Positions 1 to 9,634 of a stretch of 47,278 bases of DNA are shown one piece after another (within the stretch, counting starts at the first letter, position 1; each line of letters starts with the position of its first letter). The notes beneath the pieces were generated by a model that was not told the origin of the DNA, searched no databases, and worked only from the letters and a program-made list of their open reading frames with translations. Source of the stretch: an uncultured Sphingomonadaceae bacterium (GTDB lineage: Bacteria; Pseudomonadota; Alphaproteobacteria; Sphingomonadales; Sphingomonadaceae); assembly GCA_938003725.1 (NCBI GenBank), contig CALKXX010000093.1, positions 1 to 47,278 on the forward strand, in the 5' to 3' direction. Made by a program: the position numbers and the translations under genes.

Positions 1-13
1 AAACAAGTTCAGC

Positions 14-733
14 ATGACGAAGAAGGGAAATATGGAGCGCGAAATACATAATATCGTCATCCTGACCGGTGCGGGCATTAGCGCCGAGAGCGGAGTTGCC
101 ACCTTTCGCGGGCCGGACGGGTTGTGGGAAGGTCACCGGGTAGAGGATGTCGCGACGCCAGAGGCCTTTGAACGCGACCCCGTTTTGGTACAGAAATTCT
201 ATGACGAGCGGCGGGCAAAGCTGAAAACCGTGCACCCCAATCCAGCGCATCAGGCGCTGGCAAAGCTGGATGCTGCATGGGGTGGGGATTTGTTGCTGGT
301 GACCCAGAATGTTGATGATCTCCATGATCGGGCGGGGTCCAAACGTCTGCTCCATATGCATGGGGAATTGAACAGTGCATGGTGCCTGAACTGTGATGCG
401 CGGTCGGGTGTTAGCCATCCCCTGTCTCATCACCCCGCCTGTCCGCATTGTAAGCAGCCCGCGCTACGCCCCGACATCGTGTGGTTTGGTGAAATGCCGT
501 ATCAGATGGAACGGATTGAGCTGGCGCTGGCACAGTGTGATCTGTTTGTATCCATCGGCACTTCCGGCGCGGTCTATCCGGCGGCTGGCTTTGTGCAAAG
601 CGCGCGGCACTATGGCGCACAGACGCTGGAAATGAATCTGGACCCGTCCGAGGGCAGCTTGTATTTTCACGAAAGCCGGATGGGCAAGGCGGGGGAATTG
701 GTGCCCGTCTGGGTAGAGGAAATGCTGAAATGA
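14..733 (+). CDS. cobB: NAD-dependent protein deacylase (sirtuin, class III)
   Basis: Motifs GAGISAESG, TQNVD, HG, CxxC...CxxC zinc site, LRPDIVWFGE and GTSGAVYPAA. FYDERR keeps the Tyr-x-x-Arg pair of desuccinylating class III sirtuins. The true start may be the ATG at 32, after AAGAAGGG. Confidence 0.93.
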   Translation: MTKKGNMEREIHNIVILTGAGISAESGVATFRGPDGLWEGHRVEDVATPEAFERDPVLVQKFYDERRAKLKTVHPNPAHQALAKLDAAWGGDLLLVTQNVDDLHDRAGSKRLLHMHGELNSAWCLNCDARSGVSHPLSHHPACPHCKQPALRPDIVWFGEMPYQMERIELALAQCDLFVSIGTSGAVYPAAGFVQSARHYGAQTLEMNLDPSEGSLYFHESRMGKAGELVPVWVEEMLK

Positions 734-1107
734 AGGACCCCGGCATGAAAGGTAGTTGCCATTGCGGTGCGATATATATCACCGTTCCCCAGCCGCCTTC
801 CGGGGTGCTGCAATGCAATTGTTCTCATTGCACCAAAACGGGTTGGATCGGGGGCTATTGGCGTCCCGATGCGGTGACTATTGAGGTGTCTAAAGATCGC
901 TCAAATGATAACCGCGATGATATTTTAGTGCCCTATGTGCAGGGCGATAAAACCATCACGGTTTGGCATTGCGGCATTTGTGGCTGTCCCACGCATTGGA
1001 CCCCGATAACCGCGCCGCCGGACCGGATGGGCGTGAATATGCGGATATTCGGCCCGCACGAATGGAGCCATATTCCGGTTACACAGGTGGACGGAGCAAG
1101 TCTGTGA
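730..1107 (+). CDS. GFA/CENP-V family zinc-binding protein
   Basis: GSCHCG...CNCSHC...HCGICG pattern; ATGA overlap with the cobB stop. Confidence 0.85.
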   Translation: MKDPGMKGSCHCGAIYITVPQPPSGVLQCNCSHCTKTGWIGGYWRPDAVTIEVSKDRSNDNRDDILVPYVQGDKTITVWHCGICGCPTHWTPITAPPDRMGVNMRIFGPHEWSHIPVTQVDGASL

Positions 1108-1134
1108 AACTGCCTTAATCTAACAGAATATTGC

Positions 1135-1545
1135 CTAGTTTAGCAGGTTTCCAATAGTGACCAGATAGAGGGTCCAGACCGACATGGCCAGTATGGACAA
1201 CGCTGTGCCCATCACGCCAAATTGCCGGAATTTAACGGTCTTTCCGGCATGATGTTGATACATGCCATAGACGTGCAGGACGCGGCCGATGAGGAACAGG
1301 GCGGCGAGTGCGGTCAGCGTCCAGTGATGGGCGTTGGACAATTCCAGCACCGCCAATAATATCAATGCGATGGGGGCGTTCTCGGCCAAATTGGCATGGG
1401 CGCCGCGAACCATTTTCATTTTCTCATCGTCGCTGGCGCCGAACATCGTTTCTGTGCGCACCCGCTGACCAACAACTTTGAACATCAAAAATATCAGCAA
1501 CAGCCCGCAAATTGCTGCCGTTAGCGCGGTTACCGGTAAAGTCAT
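1135..1545 (-). CDS. MAPEG family membrane protein
   Basis: Hydrophobic helices with RGAHANLAENAP and GRVLH motifs. Start placed at ATG 1545, downstream of GGGGAGGA. Confidence 0.85.
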   Translation of the reverse strand: MTLPVTALTAAICGLLLIFLMFKVVGQRVRTETMFGASDDEKMKMVRGAHANLAENAPIALILLAVLELSNAHHWTLTALAALFLIGRVLHVYGMYQHHAGKTVKFRQFGVMGTALSILAMSVWTLYLVTIGNLLN

Positions 1546-1619
1546 TTCAATATCCTCCCCCAAATTTTCTTAACCTTCGCGCAGAAGCCGTGCAAAGGCA
1601 AGTTTGGCGTTGATCCTGT

Positions 1620-2396
1620 CTAGGTCTTTGTCCCGCACGCCGAACATGCTGGGTCTTTGGGCAGATTGATGCTGCGCATTGCAGGGGTAAGCCCATCGAA
1701 CAACTGTAACTTTCCAGCAGGGTCATCGCCGAACCGGGTGACAACGCGTATTGCCTCCATCGCCGCAAAACTGCCCATCAGGCCGACCATTGCGCCCAGG
1801 ACGCCAACTTCAGAGCAATTATCGCAATCGTCGGGGTCCAAAGCATCGCCGACAAAACATCGATAGCAAGGCTTGTCCGCCTCCCAACCGCGGAATGTTC
1901 CGAGTTGCCCCTGAAACTGGCCAATAGCCGCAGAAATCAGGGGAACTTGATATTTGACGGACAAGTCGGAGACGAGGAGCCGAGTTTGATAATTATCGGA
2001 TCCGTCGATTATCGCATCAATCGGTGCAAAAAATGCTGCAGGGTCTTCTGAAAAATGTTGCGCGGTAAGTTTTTGATTTATAGTATTTATTTCGATTTCT
2101 GGATTGATACGCTGCGCGGCAACTTTGGCAACTTCAACTTTCGGCCGACCAATATCATTTTCAGAAAAAAGCACCTGCCTTTGCAAGTTTGATAGCGACA
2201 CTTGATCATCGTCAATAATGGTCAGTGTTCCAATACCAGCCGCCGCTAGATATTGGATTGCCGGACAACCGATACCGCCAGCACCGACAATCAATATATG
2301 TGAAGAAAGTAGTTTTTTCTGACCAGCACCACCAACCTCTTTGAGTACAATGTGCCGAGCGTAGCGATCCAGCTGCGCGTCAGACAATGACGTCAT
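1620..2396 (-). CDS. moeB: HesA/MoeB/ThiF family adenylyltransferase
   Basis: RYARHIVL, GAGGIG, SNLQRQ, PCYRC and a C-terminal CxxC. Confidence 0.88.
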   Translation of the reverse strand: MTSLSDAQLDRYARHIVLKEVGGAGQKKLLSSHILIVGAGGIGCPAIQYLAAAGIGTLTIIDDDQVSLSNLQRQVLFSENDIGRPKVEVAKVAAQRINPEIEINTINQKLTAQHFSEDPAAFFAPIDAIIDGSDNYQTRLLVSDLSVKYQVPLISAAIGQFQGQLGTFRGWEADKPCYRCFVGDALDPDDCDNCSEVGVLGAMVGLMGSFAAMEAIRVVTRFGDDPAGKLQLFDGLTPAMRSINLPKDPACSACGTKT

Positions 2397-2803
2397 TCAG
2401 GCCATCTAAAAGTCATCGACTGACGGTACCATTTGCCATCTCCAGGGCGCAGGACGGCACCAGGTTGCCCGGCATATTCATCCATATGAGCAATGACGAA
2501 TTTTTCCAGTTCGCGGCAACCTGTATCAACAGGAATGATCTTGGTAATTTTCCCTTGGTTATTTACCTGGAGCGCAAAATCTACCCGCGCATGAACCCAG
2601 CCGATTTCCGAATGGAGTTTGCAATTGGCCTTTTTTGCGACCCGTTCTGCGGCGCGCTCATGTCGGTCGCGAAATGGAATAGCTTTTTTGAATTCCGCCA
2701 GCTCCAATGAGTAAAAATCTTTCGACAGTTCCGCAATCATCGGATCCGTTTTTACTTCGGTGTTACCAAGTGCCGCGATTGCAATGATCATTTCTAACAT
2801 CAA
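2393..2803 (-). CDS. hypothetical exported protein
   Basis: 136-aa ORF with a GGAGGA SD and a hydrophobic N-terminus; lies between dut and moeB and overlaps the moeB start by 4 nt. Confidence 0.7.
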   Translation of the reverse strand: MMLEMIIAIAALGNTEVKTDPMIAELSKDFYSLELAEFKKAIPFRDRHERAAERVAKKANCKLHSEIGWVHARVDFALQVNNQGKITKIIPVDTGCRELEKFVIAHMDEYAGQPGAVLRPGDGKWYRQSMTFRWPE

Positions 2804-2830
2804 AATCCTCCAATAGACTAACTATAGCTT

Positions 2831-3280
2831 CTATACGCCAGTCGAACCAAAACCGCCAGACCCGCGTTTTGTATCGCCCAATTCCGAAACTTCCGTCATT
2901 GTCGCTCGCTGTACTGGTGCAATTACAATTTGAGCAATGCGGTCACCTCGTTCAATGGCAAAGTCATCACTGCTATGATTGATAAGGATGACTTTAATTT
3001 CCCCTCGATAATCGCTGTCAATGGTGCCGGGCGTGTTGAGAACCGATATTCCTTTTTTGAGTGCCAGCCCGGAACGTGGGCGGACCTGCACTTCGTAGCC
3101 AATCGGGATTGCAAATGCGAAACCGGTTCCTACCAACCCGCGTTCTCCCGGTCCGATCATGCTGTCCTCTGCTGCGCGGATGTCCATTCCGGCGGAGCCT
3201 TCGGTCTCATATTCAGGTAGAGGCAAGTCCCCCGCATTGGGAAGGCGCTTCAATCCTATTTCAATCGGTTCGAACATCAA
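2831..3280 (-). CDS. dut: dUTP diphosphatase
   Basis: dUTPase motifs [26 protein letters not shown] and [10 protein letters not shown]. Confidence 0.97.
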   Translation of the reverse strand: MMFEPIEIGLKRLPNAGDLPLPEYETEGSAGMDIRAAEDSMIGPGERGLVGTGFAFAIPIGYEVQVRPRSGLALKKGISVLNTPGTIDSDYRGEIKVILINHSSDDFAIERGDRIAQIVIAPVQRATMTEVSELGDTKRGSGGFGSTGV

Positions 3281-3284
3281 TATT

Positions 3285-4544
3285 TCAAATCTCTTCAGCT
3301 ATTTTTTTGACCAGACGGCGAGCTACCTCGGGTTTAGGAAGGCGTTCCCAGATTTCTGCACCCTCTCTCGTAATGATGTGCACGCTGTTTTCTGCGCCGC
3401 CCATAACGTCCCCTGACACATCATTGGCGACGATCCAGTCGCACGCTTTTCTGCCGAGTTTTGCTGTCGCGTGCTCAACAATATTCTCTGTTTCTGCCGC
3501 AAACCCTATAAGTAGTTCGGGGCGGTTATCATGTGTCGCAAGTCCAGCCAAAATATCAGGATTTTCAGTGAGTTTTAACGGAGCCGGTGCCGCGCCCTTT
3601 TTCTTTATTTTTTGGCCAGATGTGGTGTCTGCGCGCCAATCTGCCACGGCAGCGACCATGACGGCAATATCGGCGGGCAGGGCTTCATGCACCGCTGTTT
3701 CCATCTCCACAGCGGTTTCAATGTCTATCCGCATAACACCGGCTGGCGTTGGCAAATGGACTGGTCCAGCAATTAAGGTAACGCGCGCACCAGCATCAGC
3801 AGCGGCTGCAGCAATTGCAAACCCTTGCCTGCCGGAAGATCGATTGGCGATATAACGCACCGGATCAATCGGTTCGCGTGTGGGGCCGGCAGTGACCAGA
3901 ACATGTTTGCCATGCAAAGGGCGATGTTGATCAGGTGCAAAAGCAGGCTGTCCGTCAAGGGGGTTGGAGCCAAGTTCGGATTGGTCGTGTGATGCATCGG
4001 AAGAGGCTGTCAGCCGATGAATTTCGGTCATTATGGTTTCAGGTTCCGGCAAACGACCCGCGCCATATTCGCCGCAAGCCATATCGCCCATTCCAGGAGG
4101 CATTACAAAGATGCCATCGTTTGTCAGCTGTTCGATATTTCGCTGCGTTGCCGGATGTTCCCACATTCGTACGTTCATTGCGGGAACCGCCAGGACGCGC
4201 GTGTCAGTTGCAAGTAGCAGCGTAGTGGCTAGATCATCGGCAACACCTCCTGCCATTTTGGCAAGCAAGTTCGCGGTTGCAGGGCACACCACCACAAGGT
4301 CGGCCTCTCGGCTTAGCTGAATATGCCCCATCTCTGCTTCGTCTTTGAGAGACCAAAGCGTTGTATGCACTTCATTTTCGGACAGCGCCGCCAGCGTCAT
4401 CGGTGTGACAAATTGTGCGCCGGATTCTGTAAGCACGCAGCGGACTGTCATCCCGGATTTTTTGATCAAACGAATGAGTTCGCTGGCTTTATATGCTGCT
4501 ATACCGCCGCCGATAATTAGCAAGATGTGTTTGGAAGAGGCCAT
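3285..4544 (-). CDS. coaBC: bifunctional phosphopantothenoylcysteine decarboxylase/ligase
   Basis: [55 protein letters not shown] and GFAAET; adjacent to dut. Confidence 0.96.
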   Translation of the reverse strand: MASSKHILLIIGGGIAAYKASELIRLIKKSGMTVRCVLTESGAQFVTPMTLAALSENEVHTTLWSLKDEAEMGHIQLSREADLVVVCPATANLLAKMAGGVADDLATTLLLATDTRVLAVPAMNVRMWEHPATQRNIEQLTNDGIFVMPPGMGDMACGEYGAGRLPEPETIMTEIHRLTASSDASHDQSELGSNPLDGQPAFAPDQHRPLHGKHVLVTAGPTREPIDPVRYIANRSSGRQGFAIAAAAADAGARVTLIAGPVHLPTPAGVMRIDIETAVEMETAVHEALPADIAVMVAAVADWRADTTSGQKIKKKGAAPAPLKLTENPDILAGLATHDNRPELLIGFAAETENIVEHATAKLGRKACDWIVANDVSGDVMGGAENSVHIITREGAEIWERLPKPEVARRLVKKIAEEI

Positions 4545-4545
4545 A

Positions 4546-6102
4546 TCAGTTTAATATCATCCAAACAGCACCCGCGCCAGCGCCTCCGGAAATCAGGGCT
4601 GTTAGAGCATATTTCCAAAACTTGCTGCCAGTACCCTTCTGGCGACGATCCCAAATCAATTCCACGTCCGCGACGGGTAGCTCTGGTGGTGCTCCACCTT
4701 TGCGGGGAAGTTGCTGGTCCAGTCGCCGGACAATATCGGGGAGCATCATCAATGTCCCGACATCATCATTGATGCGATCGGCAATAGCTGCTTCAGGCCC
4801 AAGTTCTCCCCTGATCCAATCTTTCACATAGGGCCCGCTGGTATCCCACATATTGATAAGCGGGTTGAGATCCGTGGCTATTCCTTCCACCATGACCATT
4901 GTTTTCTGCAACAGCAACAGATGTGGCTGGGTTTCCATGTCGAAATCGCGGGTAATTGCAAAAAGCCCATCCAGCATATCGCCCACCGACAACTCGCTTA
5001 CCGGTTTCCCGCGCATGGGTTCTCCAACCGCCCGCAGCGCAGTCGCAAAATCTTCCATATTGTGGTGGTCCGGCACATATTGTGCCTCGAAGTGGATTTC
5101 CGCTACCCGCTTATAATTTCCAGTTGTCAGGCCATAGAGAATTTCGGCCAACCAGAATCGCGCCTTCTTGTTGATCCGCCCCATTATGCCGAAATCAATA
5201 GCAACAATCGTTCCATCGGCTTTCACGAACAGATTACCCTGATGCATGTCCGCGTGGAAATAACCTGCTTCAATGGCCTGCTTCAAAAATGTACCGACCA
5301 GCCGGTTTGCAAGTTCATCCAGATCATGGCCGGCAGCAATCAATTGATCACGACTGGAGATTTTGACTCCATCTACCCAATCAAGCGTCAGGACACGGCC
5401 GGATGTCCGGTCCCAATCGATATTCGGAATTTCAAAACGATCAAGATTTGCCATATGCTCGGCAAGTTCTGAAGCGCTGGCCGCCTCTCGGCGGAGGTCT
5501 AACTCTCGCATTGTCCAGCGGCGGAAATTCGCAATTACCAATTGTGGCCGCAGGCGCTTCGCCTCACCGCCCAAAGCTTCTAGGTGAGCAGCGGCCCATT
5601 CGTAGGTTTCAATGTCTTGCGTGAATTTTTTTATTATGCCCGGCCGCAAGACTTTGACAGCCACATCATGGCCATCCGCGGTTGTTGCCCTATGCACCTG
5701 AGCAATAGACGCTGCGCCAACAGGCTCAGGATCAATTTGATCATAAAGTTCTTCGATCGGCTTGCCGAGACTCAGTTCGATTTCATCACGAATCTTGTCG
5801 AACTGGACGGGCGGTAGACTGTCTTGAAGCCGCAAAAGGTCGCGGGCCGCCTCTTCGCCGATAATATCGGGGCGGGTTGCCAAGGTTTGACCCAGTTTGA
5901 TCGCTGCCGGGCCAATCGCTTGAAGAGCGGCCGAATAATTGGGTTCCCTGGGCTGAATAGTGCCAAGCCGTGCGATACGAAAAAGGCGCCGAACTTGCGG
6001 CGGTGTTGCCTTGTGTTTCTCAAGGTCGCGCAAAGCGCCATGTTTGGCGAGCGTGCGTCCCCATTTGAGCAGGCGAAATATATGTGTCCGAGCAGGAGTC
6101 AT
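4546..6102 (-). CDS. ubiB: ubiquinone biosynthesis kinase-like protein UbiB
   Basis: IKLGQ, AASIAQVH, VAVKVLRP, FHADMHQGN and DFGIMG; C-terminal TM; follows ubiE. Confidence 0.95.
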   Translation of the reverse strand: MTPARTHIFRLLKWGRTLAKHGALRDLEKHKATPPQVRRLFRIARLGTIQPREPNYSAALQAIGPAAIKLGQTLATRPDIIGEEAARDLLRLQDSLPPVQFDKIRDEIELSLGKPIEELYDQIDPEPVGAASIAQVHRATTADGHDVAVKVLRPGIIKKFTQDIETYEWAAAHLEALGGEAKRLRPQLVIANFRRWTMRELDLRREAASASELAEHMANLDRFEIPNIDWDRTSGRVLTLDWVDGVKISSRDQLIAAGHDLDELANRLVGTFLKQAIEAGYFHADMHQGNLFVKADGTIVAIDFGIMGRINKKARFWLAEILYGLTTGNYKRVAEIHFEAQYVPDHHNMEDFATALRAVGEPMRGKPVSELSVGDMLDGLFAITRDFDMETQPHLLLLQKTMVMVEGIATDLNPLINMWDTSGPYVKDWIRGELGPEAAIADRINDDVGTLMMLPDIVRRLDQQLPRKGGAPPELPVADVELIWDRRQKGTGSKFWKYALTALISGGAGAGAVWMILN

Positions 6103-6114
6103 GCGTAGGGAAGT

Positions 6115-6855
6115 TCAGACCTTCCAGCCGCTATGAATCGCGACCAGACCACCCATCATGGGTTCGACTTTGGTTTGCGAAAAACCCGCAGCTTCAATCA
6201 TCTCTTCAAATTTATCCATCGCTGGAAATTTGTCGATCGACTCGGCGAGATAGCGATAGCTATTTTCGTCATTCGCGACCGCCTTGCCAATTTTTGGAAG
6301 CACACGGTGAGAATAGAAATTATAAACTTTGTCAAACCCCGGCCAAAGCGTCTTGGAAAATTCCATGCAATAAAAACGTCCGCCATAGCGAAGAACGCGA
6401 TATGCCTCGGCCAATGCCTGCTCGATATGGGTAACATTACGGATTCCGAAGACGATTGTATACGCATCGAAATGGGCATCCGGGAAATTCAACCTCTCCG
6501 CATCCTGCTCACTCCAGACCAATCGGCCTTCGCCTTTTTTTATGGCGCGGTCGACACCTTCGGCAAGCATGTCCGCGTTAATATCTGCAACGGTGATATT
6601 GGCGCCGCTATCGACCATGCGAAAGGCAATGTCGCCCGTTCCGCCAGCCATATCCAGAATTTCTTCGCCATCTTGCGGTTTGACGCGGCGCGCAAATCGA
6701 TCCTTCCAAAGGCGATGTGTGCCAGCGCTCATCGCATCGTTCATCACATCATATTTGGAAGCGACGCTAGAAAAAACATGGCCGACTTTGTCAGCTTTTT
6801 CATTTTCCGCTACATTCTCATAGCCAAAGGAGACTGTTTTGCTTTCGATCATCAA
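6115..6855 (-). CDS. ubiE: ubiquinone/menaquinone C-methyltransferase UbiE
   Basis: VFSSVASKYDVMNDAMS, LDMAGGTGDIA, FGIRNV and YRYLAESI. Confidence 0.95.
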   Translation of the reverse strand: MMIESKTVSFGYENVAENEKADKVGHVFSSVASKYDVMNDAMSAGTHRLWKDRFARRVKPQDGEEILDMAGGTGDIAFRMVDSGANITVADINADMLAEGVDRAIKKGEGRLVWSEQDAERLNFPDAHFDAYTIVFGIRNVTHIEQALAEAYRVLRYGGRFYCMEFSKTLWPGFDKVYNFYSHRVLPKIGKAVANDENSYRYLAESIDKFPAMDKFEEMIEAAGFSQTKVEPMMGGLVAIHSGWKV

Positions 6856-6951
6856 TATACGCCCTTAAAAATCTCCCGCTGACCCATTAGACGACCCTTG
6901 GCAGCACTGCAATCACCCTGTAGCGGCTGGTTCAAAGAGAGATTCGATCAT

Positions 6952-7764
6952 ATGCCCGAACTGCCCGAAGTTGAGACGACCGTTGCTGGACTGAGGCCAG
7001 CACTAGAAGGCAAAAGATTGACGCGCGTCGAGCCGCGCCGGCCTGACTTGAGACGCCCATTCCCGCCCGACCTGCGTCAGCGAATGACGGGCGCAAGGGT
7101 AACTTCGCTTGGACGCCGCGCAAAATACGGTTTGATTGAGACGGACCGCGGTGACGTTATGATCTTTCATTTGGGTATGTCCGGCCGGTGGCGGATTGAT
7201 CCAACGGAACTTGAAAAGCACGATCATTTGTTGCTGGAAACGGAAGAGAAGCGGCAATTGGTGTTGAATGACCCGCGCCGGTTTGGCTCTGTCGATCTGA
7301 TCAAGCTGGAGGAGCTGGAGGCATTCGAGACCTTTTCGAAAATGGGACCTGAGCCATTGGGTGATAGTTTTAACGCAGCCTATTTGAAGCAAGTGACGAA
7401 AGGCCGTAAAGCCCCAATCAAACAGCTTTTGTTGGATCAGCGAAATGTCGCTGGTCTGGGGAATATATATGTTTGTGAAGCACTTCATATGGCCGGTATC
7501 TCACCGCGACGCATGGGTGGACAGATATCGAAGGCCCGGTATGAAAAACTCGTATCCGCTATCAAACAGGTGCTGGAGTCGGCCATTGCGGCTGGCGGGT
7601 CGAGCCTGCGTGACTTTGTCCGACCGGACGGAGAATTGGGTTATTTTGCGAAGGATTGGCTGGTGTACGGACGCGAAGGTTCGCCCTGTCATTGTGGCGC
7701 GATCGTAAAGCGCCGGGTCGATAGCGGACGATCGACATTTTACTGCGCCAAATGCCAAAAATGA
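6952..7764 (+). CDS. mutM: formamidopyrimidine-DNA glycosylase
   Basis: N-terminal MPELPEVE (ATG 6952), HLGMSG, DPRRFG, GLGNIY and a C-terminal zinc finger. Confidence 0.97.
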   Translation: MPELPEVETTVAGLRPALEGKRLTRVEPRRPDLRRPFPPDLRQRMTGARVTSLGRRAKYGLIETDRGDVMIFHLGMSGRWRIDPTELEKHDHLLLETEEKRQLVLNDPRRFGSVDLIKLEELEAFETFSKMGPEPLGDSFNAAYLKQVTKGRKAPIKQLLLDQRNVAGLGNIYVCEALHMAGISPRRMGGQISKARYEKLVSAIKQVLESAIAAGGSSLRDFVRPDGELGYFAKDWLVYGREGSPCHCGAIVKRRVDSGRSTFYCAKCQK

Positions 7765-7781
7765 CGGTACCGACTATTATA

Positions 7782-7810
7782 TTGACGGGAATCACATCAG
7801 AAGCTAATGA
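7782..7810 (+). promoter_or_regulatory. candidate sigma70 promoter of rpsT
   Basis: TTGACG-N17-TAATGA about 70 nt upstream of the rpsT ATG. Confidence 0.45.
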
Positions 7811-7881
7811 CCGCCGACTTGAGCCGTTGTCGCGCCAGCGATTCACGGCAAATCAGCTTTTTCAGATTTTGAGGTATTTTC

Positions 7882-8145
7882 ATGGCTAATACGCCGCAAG
7901 CAAAAAAACGTATCCGTCGTAACGGACGCCGCACGGTCATTAACAAGAACCGCGTGAGCCAAATCCGGACCAAGATCAAAGCTGTCGAAGCAGCCGTCGA
8001 ATCAGGTGACAAAGCTGCGGCTGCAACTGCACTAACCGCGGTACAGCCAGAATTGGCGCGCGGTGTTTCAAAGGGCTTGTTTCACAAAAATACCGCCTCT
8101 CGGAAATTTAGCCGTTTGACGAAGAGTGTTGCTGCTCTCGGCTAA
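7882..8145 (+). CDS. rpsT: 30S ribosomal protein S20
   Basis: [12 protein letters not shown]...[12 protein letters not shown]; GAGG SD. Confidence 0.97.
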   Translation: MANTPQAKKRIRRNGRRTVINKNRVSQIRTKIKAVEAAVESGDKAAAATALTAVQPELARGVSKGLFHKNTASRKFSRLTKSVAALG

Positions 8146-8165
8146 ACCATTTGGTAAAATGCAAT

Positions 8166-8202
8166 AAAAAGTAACCCGCTGACTTTCGGCGGGTTTTCTT
8201 TT
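8166..8202 (+). terminator. intrinsic terminator after rpsT, possibly bidirectional
   Basis: AACCCGCTGA-CTT-TCGGCGGGTT stem followed by TTCTTTT, with an A-run on the 5' side; sits between convergent genes. Confidence 0.75.
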
Positions 8203-8209
8203 GCCTTGG

Positions 8210-9322
8210 TTAGACCATCATCAAATTGTTGCGGCGGATCACAGAGAAAAACCCGATCATTCCTGCGGTTGCTTCGTCACTGAGGTCAATGAATATCCGC
8301 CGGCCGTCCTGTTCGTCTGCCTTACGTTGGAATATGTTTTCTTCCGTCATCGTTTTGATCCAGCGCAGCGCTGTGGTTGGCGGTACGCTCGCGGCGATGC
8401 AAAGGCTAGATACCGATACTTTTTGCCCCTCCAGCCGCGCTGCCATTAGATCGAGTAACATATCCCACGCGGGGTCTGCGAAGAGTTCGCTATCAAAATA
8501 CTGATCGCGCAAACGCCTCGCCTTGATCAGATTGCGAACATGTTTGGCAGAAATCGGATGGGTAGTGGGCTGTGCTTGATTGCCTTTGGATTGATTCGAC
8601 CCAAGCGGCTCTAACACGTCACCGCCCTGTGCTTTGAAACTTACCGGCACATCCGACAAATGAGACGGTGCAGCGTTTTCGACATATGGTTCCGTCAACG
8701 GATTCGCGATTGTGGGGCGTGGTCCGACAGCAGTTTCAGGGCCAGAAAGCTGTGTTAGAGCTCTGGCAATGCGCTCTACATCGGCTGAAATTTTTTTCAG
8801 ATCGGTTATATCTAACTCATCGCGATCCTGAAAAACCAACGCCTCCGACTTGCGGACATTGGTTTGTAGGGAAACCAGAAGTTCGGCTGGATCGTCGCTG
8901 AGCAAATATTCAACTTGTGGATAAGAGATGAGCGCGAGGGTGTCGTCCAAGTCATCCAGGTTGAGCCTTAAGAGTAGTGGAATCTGATGTTGCTCAGTAT
9001 ATTTTTCAATTTTTTCCAAAGTGGTGCTGGATTCTGATGTCCAGTTGGAGAGGTCCACTATTACCGCTGCCGGGATTGCTTTCATTTCAACTTCGTCGGC
9101 TGGAATATCAATGGACAAAGGTTCGTGCGTATTGAAGGCTCCTATCTTGATGATTTCACGATAGGAACGAAAAAAAGCCAGATCGTCAGTGACTATCCAT
9201 ATCTCTCTAGTCCACATATCAGTTGATGTTTTTTCTTTCATATATTCTGTATATTTGTTTGAACTATTCTCTAAAAAGATAAGATTATTTTGGCCTAACA
9301 TGTTATCTGTCCCCTGTAACAT
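8210..9322 (-). CDS. winged-helix (MarR-like) DNA-binding protein with long N-terminal region
   Basis: C-terminal ARRLRDQYF..LFADPAWDMLLDL...VSSLCIAASVPPTTALRWI...DGRRIFIDLS wHTH block. Start uncertain (ATGs at 9322, 9302, 9241, 9217). Confidence 0.8.
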   Translation of the reverse strand: MLQGTDNMLGQNNLIFLENSSNKYTEYMKEKTSTDMWTREIWIVTDDLAFFRSYREIIKIGAFNTHEPLSIDIPADEVEMKAIPAAVIVDLSNWTSESSTTLEKIEKYTEQHQIPLLLRLNLDDLDDTLALISYPQVEYLLSDDPAELLVSLQTNVRKSEALVFQDRDELDITDLKKISADVERIARALTQLSGPETAVGPRPTIANPLTEPYVENAAPSHLSDVPVSFKAQGGDVLEPLGSNQSKGNQAQPTTHPISAKHVRNLIKARRLRDQYFDSELFADPAWDMLLDLMAARLEGQKVSVSSLCIAASVPPTTALRWIKTMTEENIFQRKADEQDGRRIFIDLSDEATAGMIGFFSVIRRNNLMMV

Positions 9323-9634
9323 TATTTTAACTTAGACTTGATTCGAGTTTCAAATCATGTCGCGGTTTAGGGTCAAATTTCCGTCATAGTCGAACCAATA
9401 TAGCTCCGTTTTGGAAGGAAGTCTGGTTGCAAGAAGCTGCGCGAATGTGGCCAATGTGCCTTCACCTTATGATTTCTGGAGTTTATGTTGGATATTCCGG
9501 CGGATTGATCGCCAAAATATTACCATCCAAATTGGAGTAACTTTCAAAAGCGCCATTTTATCGTCGTTCAAAAATCGTTCAGCATGTTACCAGCATAGTG
9601 TGACGGCGATGGTGGGTAACGCAAAGGAAAGAAA

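Noticed and set aside
14-733. Sirtuin as an anti-phage SIR2 effector
   Set aside because: It is a canonical CobB with a zinc site in a housekeeping context, with no defence partners nearby.
6133-6882. 249-aa antisense ORF opposite ubiE (similarly 3061-3855, 4711-5472, 44376-44972, 45953-46627)
   Set aside because: Shadow frames of well-conserved genes, with no recognisable motifs.
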